Source of the DNA: Gemmataceae bacterium
GTDB lineage: Bacteria; Planctomycetota; Planctomycetia; Gemmatales; Gemmataceae
NCBI GenBank assembly: GCA_022842245.1
Contig: JALHPZ010000001.1
Location: 1-64,000 of the forward strand
Length of the DNA stretch: 64,000 bases
Direction of reading: 5' to 3'
Position numbers and translations under genes: made by a program. The stretch's first letter is position 1, and the number at the start of each line of letters is the position of its first letter. The notes under the pieces were generated by a model that was not told where the DNA came from, did not search any database, and was given only the letters and a program-made list of their open reading frames with translations. This document shows positions 35,706 through 46,434 of the stretch, piece by piece.

Positions 35706-37328
35706 ATGAACCGGCGATGGAATCTGGGCCTGTGGTTCGTTCTCGCGGCCGCACTCGGCGCCGTCGGCCAACCGCCCGCCGACGAACGCCCGCCGATCGA
35801 GGACCCGGAGGTCCAACAAGCCCAGAATCTCGAATCGCCGGTCCGGCCCGGTCGACGGGTCTGGAACGGTCAACTCACGTCGTTGCAAGGCCCGGTTCCC
35901 GCGCCGACGTCGACCGTCGAGAACCGCCCCCCCGCGAGCCTGCCGCCGCAGCCGCCGACGCCGACGGTGCAGATTTCCGTGCTGGTGCCGCGCGACCATC
36001 CGCCGGGGCAGGACATTCCCTGCACGATCACCGTGACGAACGCGACCACAGCCGAGGCGCATCGCGTGGTCGTGCGCCTCGGCGAACTCGAAGGCGCCCA
36101 AACGATTGCGGCGGACCCGAAGCCGGCCGATGCGCAATCGCTGAACTGGAGTTTCAAGGTTCTCAAAGGGAACGAGAGCCAGAAGATCGAGCTGAAGCTG
36201 CGGCCGCTGGCGAACGCGAGCAGTGTATCGGTGAAGGCCTTTGTTTCCTTCGAGCATGGTCAGGCCGTCAAGACGACGCTGAGCGAACCCAAGTTGACAG
36301 TAAAGACCGAACTTCCGAAACAGGCGACGTCCGACCAGCCGGTGGCGGTGCGCGTGATGGTCCGCAACGGCGGTCGGGTGCCGATCGTCGGTGCCAAGCT
36401 GACGCAGACGCTCGGCGACGGATTCGAGTTCCATAAGGACATCGCCGGCGGCGAGGCGACGAAGCAGGCGAACCAGCGGCTCTGGACGATCGGAACGATC
36501 CAGCCGGGCGAGACGAAGACGCTGCAATACCTCGTGACGGCCACGAAGGGCCGGGCGCTGCGCGTGCTCTCCGTGGTGGACGCCGAGGGGAAGCTGCAAG
36601 CGAACGACACGGCCGAGACGACCGTTCTGGATGCGAACCTCCGCGTGCAGCTCAGCGGCGACGGCAAGGCGAACGGGGAGCAGACGGCCCACTACGAAGC
36701 CACCGTGACGAACACGGGTACCGTTCCGCTCGAAAATGTCCGGCTCGCCGGTGCCGTGCCGGACGACTGCCGGCTGACGAAGATGACGCGCGGCGGCAAG
36801 GAGTACCAGGGCCAGGTTCTCTGGACGATCCCGAAGCTGGCACCGGGCGAGAGCCAGTCCTTCCGTTGGGGCTTGCAGTGTCTGGGCGGAGGCCGCCGTG
36901 CCGTGCGCGCCGTCGCGACCGCGCGCGGCCTCGAAGACGTCGCCCGGACCGAAACCGTCTTCCCCGGCACGGCCAACCTCAGCTGGCAGTCGAATTTCGA
37001 CCGCGACACGGTCGCCATCGACCAGCAGGGCGTCTTCACCGTGGTCGTCCGCAACAGCGGCACGGAGGCGGCGGGCAACGCGCGGCTGACCATCACCCTG
37101 CCGAAGGGGTCCGTCAGCCTCGTGCAGGCCAGCCCGCTCTACAAGCAAACCGGTGAAACGGTGGCGTTCGAGCCGCGGTCGATCGCGGCGGGGAAGTCCG
37201 AAACGTTCACGATCACCTTCCGCGGCGAGCAGTACGGCCGGGCGTATTTCAGCGCCAAACTCACCGCCGACGCCCTCGGCGACCGCCCACTCGGGGCGGA
37301 GAAGTACGTGGAGGTGACGCGGCGGTAG
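35706..37328 (+). CDS. secreted DUF11-repeat (conserved repeat domain) protein
   Basis: ~540 aa from MNRRWNLGLWFVLAAALGAVG. Repeated xTVTNxGxxxAxNVxL modules (TITVTNATTAEAHRVVV; YEATVTNTGTVPLENVRL; FTVVVRNSGTEAAGNARL). Confidence 0.7.
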   Translation: MNRRWNLGLWFVLAAALGAVGQPPADERPPIEDPEVQQAQNLESPVRPGRRVWNGQLTSLQGPVPAPTSTVENRPPASLPPQPPTPTVQISVLVPRDHPPGQDIPCTITVTNATTAEAHRVVVRLGELEGAQTIAADPKPADAQSLNWSFKVLKGNESQKIELKLRPLANASSVSVKAFVSFEHGQAVKTTLSEPKLTVKTELPKQATSDQPVAVRVMVRNGGRVPIVGAKLTQTLGDGFEFHKDIAGGEATKQANQRLWTIGTIQPGETKTLQYLVTATKGRALRVLSVVDAEGKLQANDTAETTVLDANLRVQLSGDGKANGEQTAHYEATVTNTGTVPLENVRLAGAVPDDCRLTKMTRGGKEYQGQVLWTIPKLAPGESQSFRWGLQCLGGGRRAVRAVATARGLEDVARTETVFPGTANLSWQSNFDRDTVAIDQQGVFTVVVRNSGTEAAGNARLTITLPKGSVSLVQASPLYKQTGETVAFEPRSIAAGKSETFTITFRGEQYGRAYFSAKLTADALGDRPLGAEKYVEVTRR

Positions 37329-37393
37329 GCGATTGTTCGCGCAAGATTCGTCGGGTATCATTCCTGAAACGAGATTGATCGGGAGGCGACACC

Positions 37394-37630
37394 ATGACAG
37401 CCGAGTACTTCGACGATCTTGTGAATACGCTCTGTGATTCTCGACCGTTTCGAATCTTCACGATCGAGTTGAACGGCGGAGAGCGAATCGAAGTGGATCA
37501 TCCGCGCGCCGTCATGAATAAGAACGGCTTGGTGATGTTTTTTACGCCCGGCGGCAAGCCGATGTGGTTCGATCAGACCAGTGTGAACAAGATCGTTTAT
37601 GACAGGAACGAAACGGCTGCGAATAGTTGA
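37394..37630 (+). CDS. hypothetical small protein
   Basis: 78 aa. RBS GGGAGG. Confidence 0.4.
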   Translation: MTAEYFDDLVNTLCDSRPFRIFTIELNGGERIEVDHPRAVMNKNGLVMFFTPGGKPMWFDQTSVNKIVYDRNETAANS

Positions 37631-37631
37631 A

Positions 37632-38378
37632 ATGCAAATCGAACGTGAATTCGGCGTCCCCTTCCCGGGTCGTATTCTTCCGCAAAACAAGTGGACGCAG
37701 ACGGCGCTCAAGGCGATGCCGGCCGAAGGTCGGCTGAACTGGCACGAACTCTTCGGCCGCGAGGCGCCCGTCGTGCTCGACCTCGGCTGCGGCAACGGGC
37801 GATCCACCATCCTCAGCGCCGTCTCGCGTCCCACCCACGACCACCTCGGCACCGACATCCTCCCCGTCGTCATCCGCTACGCCCGCAAGCGCGGGAACCA
37901 GCGCGGCCTCGCGAACCTCAGGTTCGCCGTCCTCGGCGCCCACGAACTGCTGGAACAGTATGTCGAACCGAACAGTGTCGCCGAAATTCACATCTACCAT
38001 CCGCAACCGTATTACGACCCGAAACAGATCCATCGACGCCTGATCACGCCGGAATTCCTCGCACTCGTCCACCGGTCCCTGCAACCCGGCGGCACGATCG
38101 TGATCCAGACGGACAATCCCGGCTACGCGAACTACCTGCGGGACGTGCTGCCGGTGTTCTTCGACTTCCACGAGCGCATCGGCCGCTGGCCCGACGCGCC
38201 CAAGGGCCGCACGCGCCGCGAGATCCTCGCCCTCAAGAAGAAGCTGCCGATCTTCCGCGGGTCCGGTACGGCGAAGACGGACCTTTCGACCGAGGACGCG
38301 GTGCGCCTGGCGGAATCACTGCCGCCGCCGACCTTCGACGCCGACCGCCGCCTGCGCGACCTTGACCGGCTGGCGTAA
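37632..38378 (+). CDS. trmB: tRNA (guanine-N7)-methyltransferase
   Basis: ~248 aa (alternative start 37599). SAM-binding VVLDLGCGNGRS. Conserved ...IHIYHPQPY... TrmB motif. Confidence 0.8.
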   Translation: MQIEREFGVPFPGRILPQNKWTQTALKAMPAEGRLNWHELFGREAPVVLDLGCGNGRSTILSAVSRPTHDHLGTDILPVVIRYARKRGNQRGLANLRFAVLGAHELLEQYVEPNSVAEIHIYHPQPYYDPKQIHRRLITPEFLALVHRSLQPGGTIVIQTDNPGYANYLRDVLPVFFDFHERIGRWPDAPKGRTRREILALKKKLPIFRGSGTAKTDLSTEDAVRLAESLPPPTFDADRRLRDLDRLA

Positions 38379-38491
38379 GCGCCATTTCCCCCCGACGCGG
38401 AGTCGGGTACACTGTCCCCTGCGACGACGCACCCGTGCCGTCCGCGGCCGTGCCGCGACCGACCGTAACTTTTTTCGTGGAGTATCGAGCC

Positions 38492-38842
38492 ATGTCCGAT
38501 GCCGCCAAGTCCGAAGTGCCGCTGACCCCCGCCTCGGGGCAGCCCGCGTCGATCCAGATTCCGGTCGACGCCTCGAAGATGCAAACCGTCTACGCGAACT
38601 TCTTTCGCCTGAGCCTGAGCAGCTCGATGGAGGAAGTGCTCGTCGACATCGGCCTCCACACCGGCATCATGCAATCGCAGAACGTGGCCGAGCCGCTCCA
38701 GTTCACGCACCGGCTGGTGTTGAACCCGTTCGTCGCGAAGCGGCTGATGGAATCGCTGCGGCAGATCATCCTGCGGCACGAACAACTCTTCGGCGTGCTC
38801 GAAGTCGACGCCCAGAAGCGCCTCCGCGCCCGTCCGCAGTAG
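38492..38842 (+). CDS. DUF3467-like hypothetical protein
   Basis: ~116 aa from MSDAAKSEV. ...TVYANFFRLSLSSSMEEVLVDIG... resembles DUF3467. Confidence 0.5.
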   Translation: MSDAAKSEVPLTPASGQPASIQIPVDASKMQTVYANFFRLSLSSSMEEVLVDIGLHTGIMQSQNVAEPLQFTHRLVLNPFVAKRLMESLRQIILRHEQLFGVLEVDAQKRLRARPQ

Positions 38843-39799
38843 TCAGAGTTCGATCGTCCGGCCGACCTGGCGCTCGACGGCGAGTTGAACCACTTTCGCC
38901 GCCGTCGCCACGTCTTCGACGCCGAGGCCGAGCGACTTGAACGTCGTGATGTCCGCGGGCGATTCCCGGCCGGGAATGCGCCCCGCGACGATATGCGCCA
39001 ACTCCTGCACGTCCGCCCAGCCGAAGACGTGGTCCTGCATCGCGGCCACGAAGTCCCCGGCTTCGATCCGCGCCTGGTCCTTGCTGTCGGCGCAGATGAG
39101 GTTCGAGCGGCGGAAGACCTCCGCGTCGGCTTCGCATTTGCTCAGGAAGTTCGAGCCGGCGAGATTGACGTGCGTGCCGGGGGCGATCCAGTCGCCCAGG
39201 AGCACCGGTTCGCGGCTGGTCGTGGCGGTGCAGAGGATATCCAATCCGCGTGCGGCGTCTTCGGGCCGCGCGGCGGCCTCGACCGGCAGGCCGAGCACCC
39301 TGGTCATTTCCTTCGCGAAGGCCTCGCGATTCGCCGGATCCCGACTGTACACGACCGCCCGCGCGATCGTTCGCACCTTGCAGACCGCTTCGAGCTGGGT
39401 GCGGGCCTGTTTGCCGGTGCCGAACAGGCCGACGGTGGCGGCGTCCTTGCGGGCGAGCTTCTTCGTGGCCACGCCGCTCGCCGCTCCGGTACGGACGGCG
39501 CCGAGGTGATCGGCTTCGAGGATCGCGGTGAGGTCCCCGGTCTTCGGGTGGAAGAGGAAAACCTTGAACTGGGCCGGGAACTTACCGGTGGTGTACGCCT
39601 TGAGGCCGATCGCGCCGAGCGTCTTCGCCGCAGCCGGCAGGCAGTGCAGCATGACATGGTCGGTCTGGCACCGCGAACGCGGCACGTTGACCGCTTCGTC
39701 GAGCGACAGCTTCCGAAAGGCGGCCTCCACCGCCTCCAGCGCGAGATCCATCGTCAACAGCGAGCGGACATCCGTTTCCGTCAGGTAGAGCACGGACAT
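38843..39799 (-). CDS. ornithine cyclodeaminase / mu-crystallin family protein
   Basis: 318 aa. NAD-binding GLFGTGKQA and OCD-family N-terminus. Confidence 0.85.
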   Translation of the reverse strand: MSVLYLTETDVRSLLTMDLALEAVEAAFRKLSLDEAVNVPRSRCQTDHVMLHCLPAAAKTLGAIGLKAYTTGKFPAQFKVFLFHPKTGDLTAILEADHLGAVRTGAASGVATKKLARKDAATVGLFGTGKQARTQLEAVCKVRTIARAVVYSRDPANREAFAKEMTRVLGLPVEAAARPEDAARGLDILCTATTSREPVLLGDWIAPGTHVNLAGSNFLSKCEADAEVFRRSNLICADSKDQARIEAGDFVAAMQDHVFGWADVQELAHIVAGRIPGRESPADITTFKSLGLGVEDVATAAKVVQLAVERQVGRTIEL

Positions 39800-39830
39800 G
39801 GCGAACTCCCGCGACGGCTGGGGCCGTCGC

Positions 39831-41036
39831 TCACGCCGCGGTGGCGAGCCAGGACTTGAGCTTCGCGAGGCCGGCTTCGATCGTCGGCCGGCCCGTCGCG
39901 AACGACATCCGCACGAACCCTTCCGCGCCGAACGCGATCCCCGGCACGAGGTTCACGTGCGACTGTTCCAGCAGGGCCGTGCAGAAGCTCATCGAATCCA
40001 CCACCTTCACGCCACCGAACGACTTCCCGAAATAATCCGACACGTCGAAGAAGGCGTAGAACGCCCCCTCGGCGTCGAACACCTTCAATCCGGGGATCTC
40101 TTTGAGCAGCTTCGTGACGAGGTCGCGGCGGATCGAGAACTCCGCGTGCATGTCGGCGATGCACTTGGCCGATTCCGGCGACTCGAGCGCCACCACCATC
40201 GCCGCCTGGCTGACGCTCGACGGGCAGCTCGTCTCCTGGCTCTGCACGTTGTCCATCGCCTTGACGAGGTGCGCCGGTGCCACGGTCCAGCCGATGCGCC
40301 AGCCGGTCATCGCGTAGCTCTTGCTCGCCCCGCTGATCGTGATCGTCCGCTCGCGCAGCTCCGGCCGCAGCGTCACGATGCACGTCGGCTTCGCGTTCCC
40401 GTAGCAAAGTTGCTCGTAGATCTCGTCCGAAAGGATGTTCACGTCCGGGTGCTGGAGCACCACGTCCACAAGGGCTTCCAGTTCGCCCTTCGTATAGACC
40501 GCGCCCGTCGGGTTGCTCGGCGAGTTGATCATCACCAGTCGCGTCTTCGGCGTGATGGCGGCCTTCAGCTGCGCCGGCGTCATCTTGAACCCGGCCGCCA
40601 GCGTGGTCGGCACGAGTATGTAGCTCGCTCCGGTCATGCTCACGAGGTCCGAGTAGCTCACCCAGTACGGCGCCGGGATGATCACTTCGTCGCCGGGGCC
40701 GACGGTCGCCGCGAGCGCGTTGTGGATGCTGTGCTTGGCGCCGTTGGACACGAGCACGTGCTCCGGACCGCACTCGAAGCCGTAGGTGCGCCCGTACCAC
40801 TTCGCGATCGCCTTCTTGAGTTCGGCCGTGCCACCGGCGGGCGTGTAGTGCGTCTGGCCCTTCGCCATCGCCTCCGTCGCCGCATCGCAAATGTGCTTCG
40901 GGGTATTGAAGTCCGGCTCCCCGAGGCTGAAATCGTAGACGGTGATCCCCTTCGCCTTCAACTCCCGCGCCTTGGCGCCGGCGGCAAGAGTGGCGGAGGG
41001 TTTGACGGAATCAGCCAGACGGGAAACTCGGATCAT
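39831..41036 (-). CDS. aspartate/aromatic aminotransferase (class I PLP-dependent)
   Basis: 401 aa. ...VYDFSLGEPDFNTPKHI..., PLP-lysine context SGASKSYAMTGWRIGW. Confidence 0.9.
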   Translation of the reverse strand: MIRVSRLADSVKPSATLAAGAKARELKAKGITVYDFSLGEPDFNTPKHICDAATEAMAKGQTHYTPAGGTAELKKAIAKWYGRTYGFECGPEHVLVSNGAKHSIHNALAATVGPGDEVIIPAPYWVSYSDLVSMTGASYILVPTTLAAGFKMTPAQLKAAITPKTRLVMINSPSNPTGAVYTKGELEALVDVVLQHPDVNILSDEIYEQLCYGNAKPTCIVTLRPELRERTITISGASKSYAMTGWRIGWTVAPAHLVKAMDNVQSQETSCPSSVSQAAMVVALESPESAKCIADMHAEFSIRRDLVTKLLKEIPGLKVFDAEGAFYAFFDVSDYFGKSFGGVKVVDSMSFCTALLEQSHVNLVPGIAFGAEGFVRMSFATGRPTIEAGLAKLKSWLATAA

Positions 41037-41107
41037 CGGACGCTCGACGGTGGAAGTTCGGGCCTACCCGCCTAACATCGTATCCATTCGCCGCACGAAC
41101 GGAAGAC

Positions 41108-42391
41108 ATGCACGTCGCGCATTTCCTGCAACGGTACCCGCCGGCGCTCGGCGGCAGCGAGGCGTATTTCGCCCGCCTGACGGAGTACCTGCGCGCGGCC
41201 GGGGATACGGTCACTGTCTTCACGTCGACGGCCGTGGAATTGAGTGAAATGTGGTTTCGGGCACCCACACCTTCGGAGGGGGAGGGCCGGGGTGGGGGGG
41301 ACGGCGTGCGCGTAGAGCTTACCGTGCCAACCGTCCCCCCCACCCTAACCCTCCCCCTCACGGAGGGAGGGGACAATGCCGACATCCGCCGTTATCGTCC
41401 CCTGACCTTCCCCGGCCGGCGGTACGTCCTCAAAGCCCTTTCGCTGATTCCCAATCGCCGGCTGCAAGCCCTCACGCTGCCGTGCAATCCGGTCTGCCCC
41501 GTCATGTGGCGCGACGCCGGCGCGTTCGACGGCCCGCTCGACGCCGTTCACGCGACCGCGTTCCCCTACACCTTCCCGATCGCCTGCGGACTGAGATTGG
41601 CAAGACGGCGAAAGGTGCCGTTCTTTCTCACGCCATTTCTGCATCTCGGCGACCCGAACGACCCGAACGACCGCACGCGCCGGCAGTACACGTCCCCGGT
41701 GCTGCGCTGGCTCCTGCGACAAGCCGACGGCGTCTTCGTGCAAACGGTAGGCGAGCGCCGCGCCGTCATCGACCTGGGTGTGCCGGAATCGCGCGTAATC
41801 CTGCAAGGTTTGGGAGTCGATGCGGGGGAATGCACCGGCGGCGACCGCGATGGCACGAGGATGAAGTGGGGCGTTCGCCCGGAGGAGCTTGTCGTCGGCC
41901 ACCTCGCGAACCTAAGCGAGGAAAAGGGAACCATCGATCTGCTGAAGGCAAAGCCCGACGCCCGCATCGTGCTGGCCGGGCCGGCGATGCCAAACTTCGA
42001 GCGGTTCTGGCGGACATACCCGCACAAGGATCGCGTCGTGCGCCTTGGCGTGCTTTCGGAAGCGGAGAAGCGAGATTTCTTCGCCGGCATCGATGTCTTC
42101 TGCCTGCCATCGCGATCCGATTCGTTCGGCCTCGTTCTTCTGGAGGCGTGGGCGAACGCGAAACCGGTGGCGGTCTATCGCGCCGGCGGACCGGCCGATC
42201 TGGTCCGCGATGGAGTCGACGGAATTGTCGCCGATTGCAACCCGGCATCGCTTGCGCAGGGAATGCGGGCGTTCGCCGATCCGACGCGCCGGGCAGCGAT
42301 GGGATCTTCCGGCCGCGAACGTGTCCTGCGAGACTTTCGCTGGCCGGAAAAACTCGCAACCGTCCGCAACGCCCTGCGCGCCCGCGCCTAA
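41108..42391 (+). CDS. family 1 (GT4-type) glycosyltransferase
   Basis: 427 aa. N-terminal GGSE motif. C-terminal ...FCLPSRSDSFGLVLLEAWANAKPVAV... (E-x7-E region). Gly-rich low-complexity insert. Confidence 0.85.
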   Translation: MHVAHFLQRYPPALGGSEAYFARLTEYLRAAGDTVTVFTSTAVELSEMWFRAPTPSEGEGRGGGDGVRVELTVPTVPPTLTLPLTEGGDNADIRRYRPLTFPGRRYVLKALSLIPNRRLQALTLPCNPVCPVMWRDAGAFDGPLDAVHATAFPYTFPIACGLRLARRRKVPFFLTPFLHLGDPNDPNDRTRRQYTSPVLRWLLRQADGVFVQTVGERRAVIDLGVPESRVILQGLGVDAGECTGGDRDGTRMKWGVRPEELVVGHLANLSEEKGTIDLLKAKPDARIVLAGPAMPNFERFWRTYPHKDRVVRLGVLSEAEKRDFFAGIDVFCLPSRSDSFGLVLLEAWANAKPVAVYRAGGPADLVRDGVDGIVADCNPASLAQGMRAFADPTRRAAMGSSGRERVLRDFRWPEKLATVRNALRARA

Positions 42392-45075
42392 TCGAACTTT
42401 TTCTTCAGCTTCTCGACCTCCGCATCCTTGCCCTGCGCCGTCAGCGCGTCCACGAGCGCGTTGCGGGCGTCCTCGCTGGCCACGTCGATCATGAGCGCAT
42501 CCCGGGCGAAGGTCTCCGCGTCCTTGTACTGCTTCGCCTCCAGCGCCGCCTTGGCGAGTTTCACGCGCCCGGCCAGTTCGTCCGGATCGCGCGAGACGAT
42601 CTCCTTCAACACCGCCACGAGCTTCGCGGAGTCCTTCGTCGCCGTGTAGAGTCGTACGAGCTGTTCGTTCCAGTCGCCGTCAAGCGGGGCAAGCTGGCGG
42701 CCCTTCTCCAGCAACTCGCTCGCCTTGTCGTACTGCTCGGCATCGAGGTGGAACTTGGCCACGAGGTTGATCAACCGCACGTCCTCCGGCGATTCCTTGA
42801 GGGCGCCTTCGAGCAGTTCCTTCGCGCCGTCCTCGTCGCCGGCGCGGACGAGCAGACGTGCCTTGAGCAGGCTCGCGAGCGGGTGGCCCTTCTTCTTCAG
42901 CAGGGCCGCGTCGATCAGCTTGCGGGCTTCGTTCGCCTTGTTCCGCCGGAGAAGTTGCTCCGCCAGCCGCGCCGCCAGATCCGCGTCCTCGGGGTTCTTC
43001 TTCTGCGCCTCGGTCAGTTCCTCGAAGGTCATCGGTTTCTCGTCCGGCTTCTTCGCCTTCTTCGGCGCGCCGCGGTACGGTTTCAGCACCTCCTCGACAT
43101 GCTCGCGGTAGCCCTTTTCAAACGTCGCCTTGTCCACCCCGCACGCCAGCTTGATCGCCGCGCCGGTGTCCAGCCCGTCCCGGTAGGCGTTCAGGATCTT
43201 CCCCACGGCCGCCTGACCGTGCGCCTTCACGAGGTACTCCACGTAGAGCTGGCTCTGGCAGTACGCCAGGCCCCACTCCGACTGATCCTTCGGCTTCGCG
43301 AAGCCCATCATCACCGTGTCCAGGTTGAACAGCGTGTTCTCGTCCGCCCGCTCGCGCAGCGTCGCCATCCAGTCCAGCGGGCGCTGCATCTGCTCGTTCT
43401 GCACGGCCAGGCCCTCCGTCAGCCAGTGCGGGCAGAGGAAGTCGGTCTGCGCGAGGTTGAAGATGTGCGTCACCTCGTGGCGGATGACGCGACCCCAGTT
43501 GAACGGCTTCCGCAACCCCTGCGCCGTCGGCGACGCCATCGCCACCACGCGGCCCGTACACGCGCCGATCGTGTGCAGGTCCGGCAGGCCCACCGTGCGA
43601 CCGCTGAACATGTCGTGACGGTTGAACACTTCGATGGGGATGCGCCCGACCGGTTCGTAGCCGAACTGCTTCTTCAGGTCTTCGTGCGTTTCCTCCAGAT
43701 AGTCCGCGAGGAAGCCCGCGAGAACGCGGTCCGTCTCCTTGTCGAATTTGAGGTCGTAGTGCGCCGTCTGAATCACCGTGTACTTGGAGAGATGGTCGAT
43801 GACCTTTCGCATGTTCGCGACGCGGACGTTGAACGGGTCGGCCTTGAAGGCGCTATCGAGGATCTCCTTGCCTTCCTTCTCCTTGCCGAGCCGCATGTAG
43901 AGCAGCCCGAGGCTCGTGCGCGGCGCGGCGTACTTCGGGCGAAGTTCCGTCGCCTTCTTGAAGTACCCTTCCGCCTGAAGGTACAACTTGCGGTCTTCGA
44001 GGTACTCCGCCAGTTCGTGATAGAACTCCGCCGGTTTCGCGTCGTAGCCGGCGGCCTCCTTCGCCAGCGCGTCGAACTCTGTCGTCTTCCGTTGAAGCAC
44101 ATAGCACGCCGCCAGCTTACCGAGGGTGATGGCGTCGCGCGGGTTCACCTCCTTCGCCGCCAGCAGCAGCTTTTCCGCCCCGGCGTAGTCCCCGCCCATG
44201 AACTGGATGTTCGCCTTCAACCGCAGGGCGCTCCGCAGCTTCGGGTTCTGCTTCAACGCCTCGTCCGCGAACTGTTCCGCTTCCTTCAACTCGAACTTCT
44301 GCAGCGCCGCCTCGCCCTTGCCCACGATCGCCTCGGCCGCGTTCGGGTTGATCTTCAACGCGCCGTCGAACCCCTCGACCGCCTGTGGACGGTTGTACTT
44401 CTCCAGCAGCAACTGCCCGGCGTACAACTCGGCGCGCCAGCACTCCGGTTCATACTTGAGCGCGTCGCCGTAGATCTCGCGGAGGATGAAGCGGAACTGG
44501 TTGCTGATGCTGTTCCAGCGGGCGTTTTCAGTGGCCGCGAGTCCGATCACCAGCAGCGTGTCCGGGTCGACGATGTCCTTGTCCGCCTGGCTCGCGGCGT
44601 TGTAGGCGCGGATGAACCAGCGCATCTGATCGTAGCCGGAGTCGGTATCGCCCTTGTCCCGTGCGAGGCGAGCCTTGGTCCAGCGCGCGAGGAAGTGGTC
44701 TTCCTGAATCTTCAGCGCCGCCTCGGCGTCGGCGGAGGCTTCGTCCCATCGGCCCAGCTCGAAGGCGAGATCGGCGCGGGCCGCGAGCAGGTCGGGGCTT
44801 TTCGCAAACGTCTTCAATGCGTCCGCGAGCGCCGTCAGGCCCTTCTCGTATTCCCCCTCCTCGCGCCAGGCGGCCGCCGTGCCGATCGCCGCGGCCGGGC
44901 CGTGCTTCGCGTCCGCGAGGAACTTCGCGTATTCGGCGCGGGCCTCGGCGTAGTTCCCCTTGTTTAGCCGCAGCCGGGCTTCCGCGAGCGGACTTTTCGG
45001 GGCGGTCTTTTTGTCCTGGGAATTCAAACCCGCCGCCGCGAGGACGAGCAGGCCGAAGGCGAGTGCGTGGCGCAT
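42388..45075 (-). CDS. secreted TPR-repeat protein with HExxH zinc-peptidase (peptidase MA-like) domain
   Basis: 895 aa. Signal peptide. Many TPR units. VIRHEVTHIFNLAQTDF carries HEVTH. Confidence 0.8.
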   Translation of the reverse strand: MRHALAFGLLVLAAAGLNSQDKKTAPKSPLAEARLRLNKGNYAEARAEYAKFLADAKHGPAAAIGTAAAWREEGEYEKGLTALADALKTFAKSPDLLAARADLAFELGRWDEASADAEAALKIQEDHFLARWTKARLARDKGDTDSGYDQMRWFIRAYNAASQADKDIVDPDTLLVIGLAATENARWNSISNQFRFILREIYGDALKYEPECWRAELYAGQLLLEKYNRPQAVEGFDGALKINPNAAEAIVGKGEAALQKFELKEAEQFADEALKQNPKLRSALRLKANIQFMGGDYAGAEKLLLAAKEVNPRDAITLGKLAACYVLQRKTTEFDALAKEAAGYDAKPAEFYHELAEYLEDRKLYLQAEGYFKKATELRPKYAAPRTSLGLLYMRLGKEKEGKEILDSAFKADPFNVRVANMRKVIDHLSKYTVIQTAHYDLKFDKETDRVLAGFLADYLEETHEDLKKQFGYEPVGRIPIEVFNRHDMFSGRTVGLPDLHTIGACTGRVVAMASPTAQGLRKPFNWGRVIRHEVTHIFNLAQTDFLCPHWLTEGLAVQNEQMQRPLDWMATLRERADENTLFNLDTVMMGFAKPKDQSEWGLAYCQSQLYVEYLVKAHGQAAVGKILNAYRDGLDTGAAIKLACGVDKATFEKGYREHVEEVLKPYRGAPKKAKKPDEKPMTFEELTEAQKKNPEDADLAARLAEQLLRRNKANEARKLIDAALLKKKGHPLASLLKARLLVRAGDEDGAKELLEGALKESPEDVRLINLVAKFHLDAEQYDKASELLEKGRQLAPLDGDWNEQLVRLYTATKDSAKLVAVLKEIVSRDPDELAGRVKLAKAALEAKQYKDAETFARDALMIDVASEDARNALVDALTAQGKDAEVEKLKKKFD

Positions 45076-45102
45076 GGAGCGGTTCCGTCGGAGGGGACCC
45101 TT

Positions 45103-46365
45103 TCACGGTACCGGCGAACCGGCCCGACTGCAACGGTCCGGTTGCGCCGTCGTGATCGCGTACCGCGCTCGCCGGTTGGGCCATTCGTGTTCCGACAGCG
45201 TCGACGGATCGCGGAACAGCCGGGCGTAGTCGTCCACGACGCACGCGAAAAGGCTTTCGTGATCGCGGTGGAGCGCGTCGGGAACGACGAGGCGGATCGC
45301 ATCGCCGGCGGTCCGGGCGGATAAACCCGGGAATTCCGTTTGCCGGCGGGCACACCAGTCGAGGACCGAGGAAAGCAGACCTTGGCTCGCCGGGCGGATC
45401 GCGATCGTGCGCCGGCCGTCCGGCGACTGCTCGGAATGGACGGCGCACCGGCTGCCGAGCGCGACGATCGCGTGCCAGTCGCCGCCCGGGTACTCGACTT
45501 CCCAGCGTGTCGTGACGCGCACGGGTACGCCGCAAAGGGTGAAATCGACGGTGCCGTTCCCCGCGTAGCGCAGGCGTTCGCCGTCGCGGTCCATTTCGGG
45601 CGGGAACTCCGGTAAGCCCGTGATCGTTTCGAAATCGCCTCGCCCGACCAGGAGCGGCCAGCGCTTCGAGGAGGCAACGCGCAGGTCGTTCGTCCCATCG
45701 GGCGCGATCGCGAGGAACGCCAGGTCGACCAGATGCGTGCCGACGTCCGCGAGGGAATCGCCGGCCACGCGCGCGTCGAACCACCACGCCGGCCGGCGCA
45801 GCGGCGCGCCGGCGACCGTTTTCTTCAGACAGTGGACGCTCTCGAGGGAAAAGGATTTCCACTCGCCGAAGATCGCCGGTTCGCGCGTGAGTTCAAGGAG
45901 CAGGCGATTCGTCGTCTCATGTCGCTCCGTCATCAGGTCCCACGCGACGAGGCCGTGCGATTCGGCAATTGACTGCGCCCGTTCCAGCATCGGAATGTCC
46001 GCGGAGTCGATCACCCATGGCTTGTCGGCGAGGATGTTCAGCCCCGCTTCGAGGGCGAGGAGGATCAGGTCGATCTTCGGCTTGTTCCGCCCCGCGATCA
46101 GCGCGGTGTTTCCAAAGGGTTCCCGTCGAAAGCGATCGCGCCAATCGGTGCCCGACTCGATCGACACGATCCAATCGGTGGGATCGTCCGCCCGCAGGTT
46201 GAAGGATTCTACCGTGCGCCGGAACCGGTCGAGGTCGTCGCCCGCGGGCGCGAAGACGTGCACAACCGGATCGACATCCGCCCGGCGGCGCTTCAGCGCG
46301 AGCGCCGCGTGGAAGTGCCCGGGGTCGAGAATGACGAATCGGATCGGCTCGCGGTTTTCCGGCAT
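45103..46365 (-). CDS. Gfo/Idh/MocA-family NAD(P)-dependent oxidoreductase
   Basis: 420 aa. N-terminal Rossmann IRFVILDPGHFHA. The EKP-like segment appears as ADKPWVIDSAD. Confidence 0.7.
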   Translation of the reverse strand: MPENREPIRFVILDPGHFHAALALKRRRADVDPVVHVFAPAGDDLDRFRRTVESFNLRADDPTDWIVSIESGTDWRDRFRREPFGNTALIAGRNKPKIDLILLALEAGLNILADKPWVIDSADIPMLERAQSIAESHGLVAWDLMTERHETTNRLLLELTREPAIFGEWKSFSLESVHCLKKTVAGAPLRRPAWWFDARVAGDSLADVGTHLVDLAFLAIAPDGTNDLRVASSKRWPLLVGRGDFETITGLPEFPPEMDRDGERLRYAGNGTVDFTLCGVPVRVTTRWEVEYPGGDWHAIVALGSRCAVHSEQSPDGRRTIAIRPASQGLLSSVLDWCARRQTEFPGLSARTAGDAIRLVVPDALHRDHESLFACVVDDYARLFRDPSTLSEHEWPNRRARYAITTAQPDRCSRAGSPVP

Positions 46366-46434
46366 GTGCGGCGATGTCCGAAGTAGAATTCCCCGATACT
46401 TTCCGTCCGTGTCTCATTATGCGGAGCGAGCGCG

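Noticed and set aside
41251-44967. 1238-aa plus ORF and other long ORFs opposite the TPR-peptidase gene
   Set aside because: Antisense to the TPR/HExxH gene and the GT4 gene. Composition artefact.
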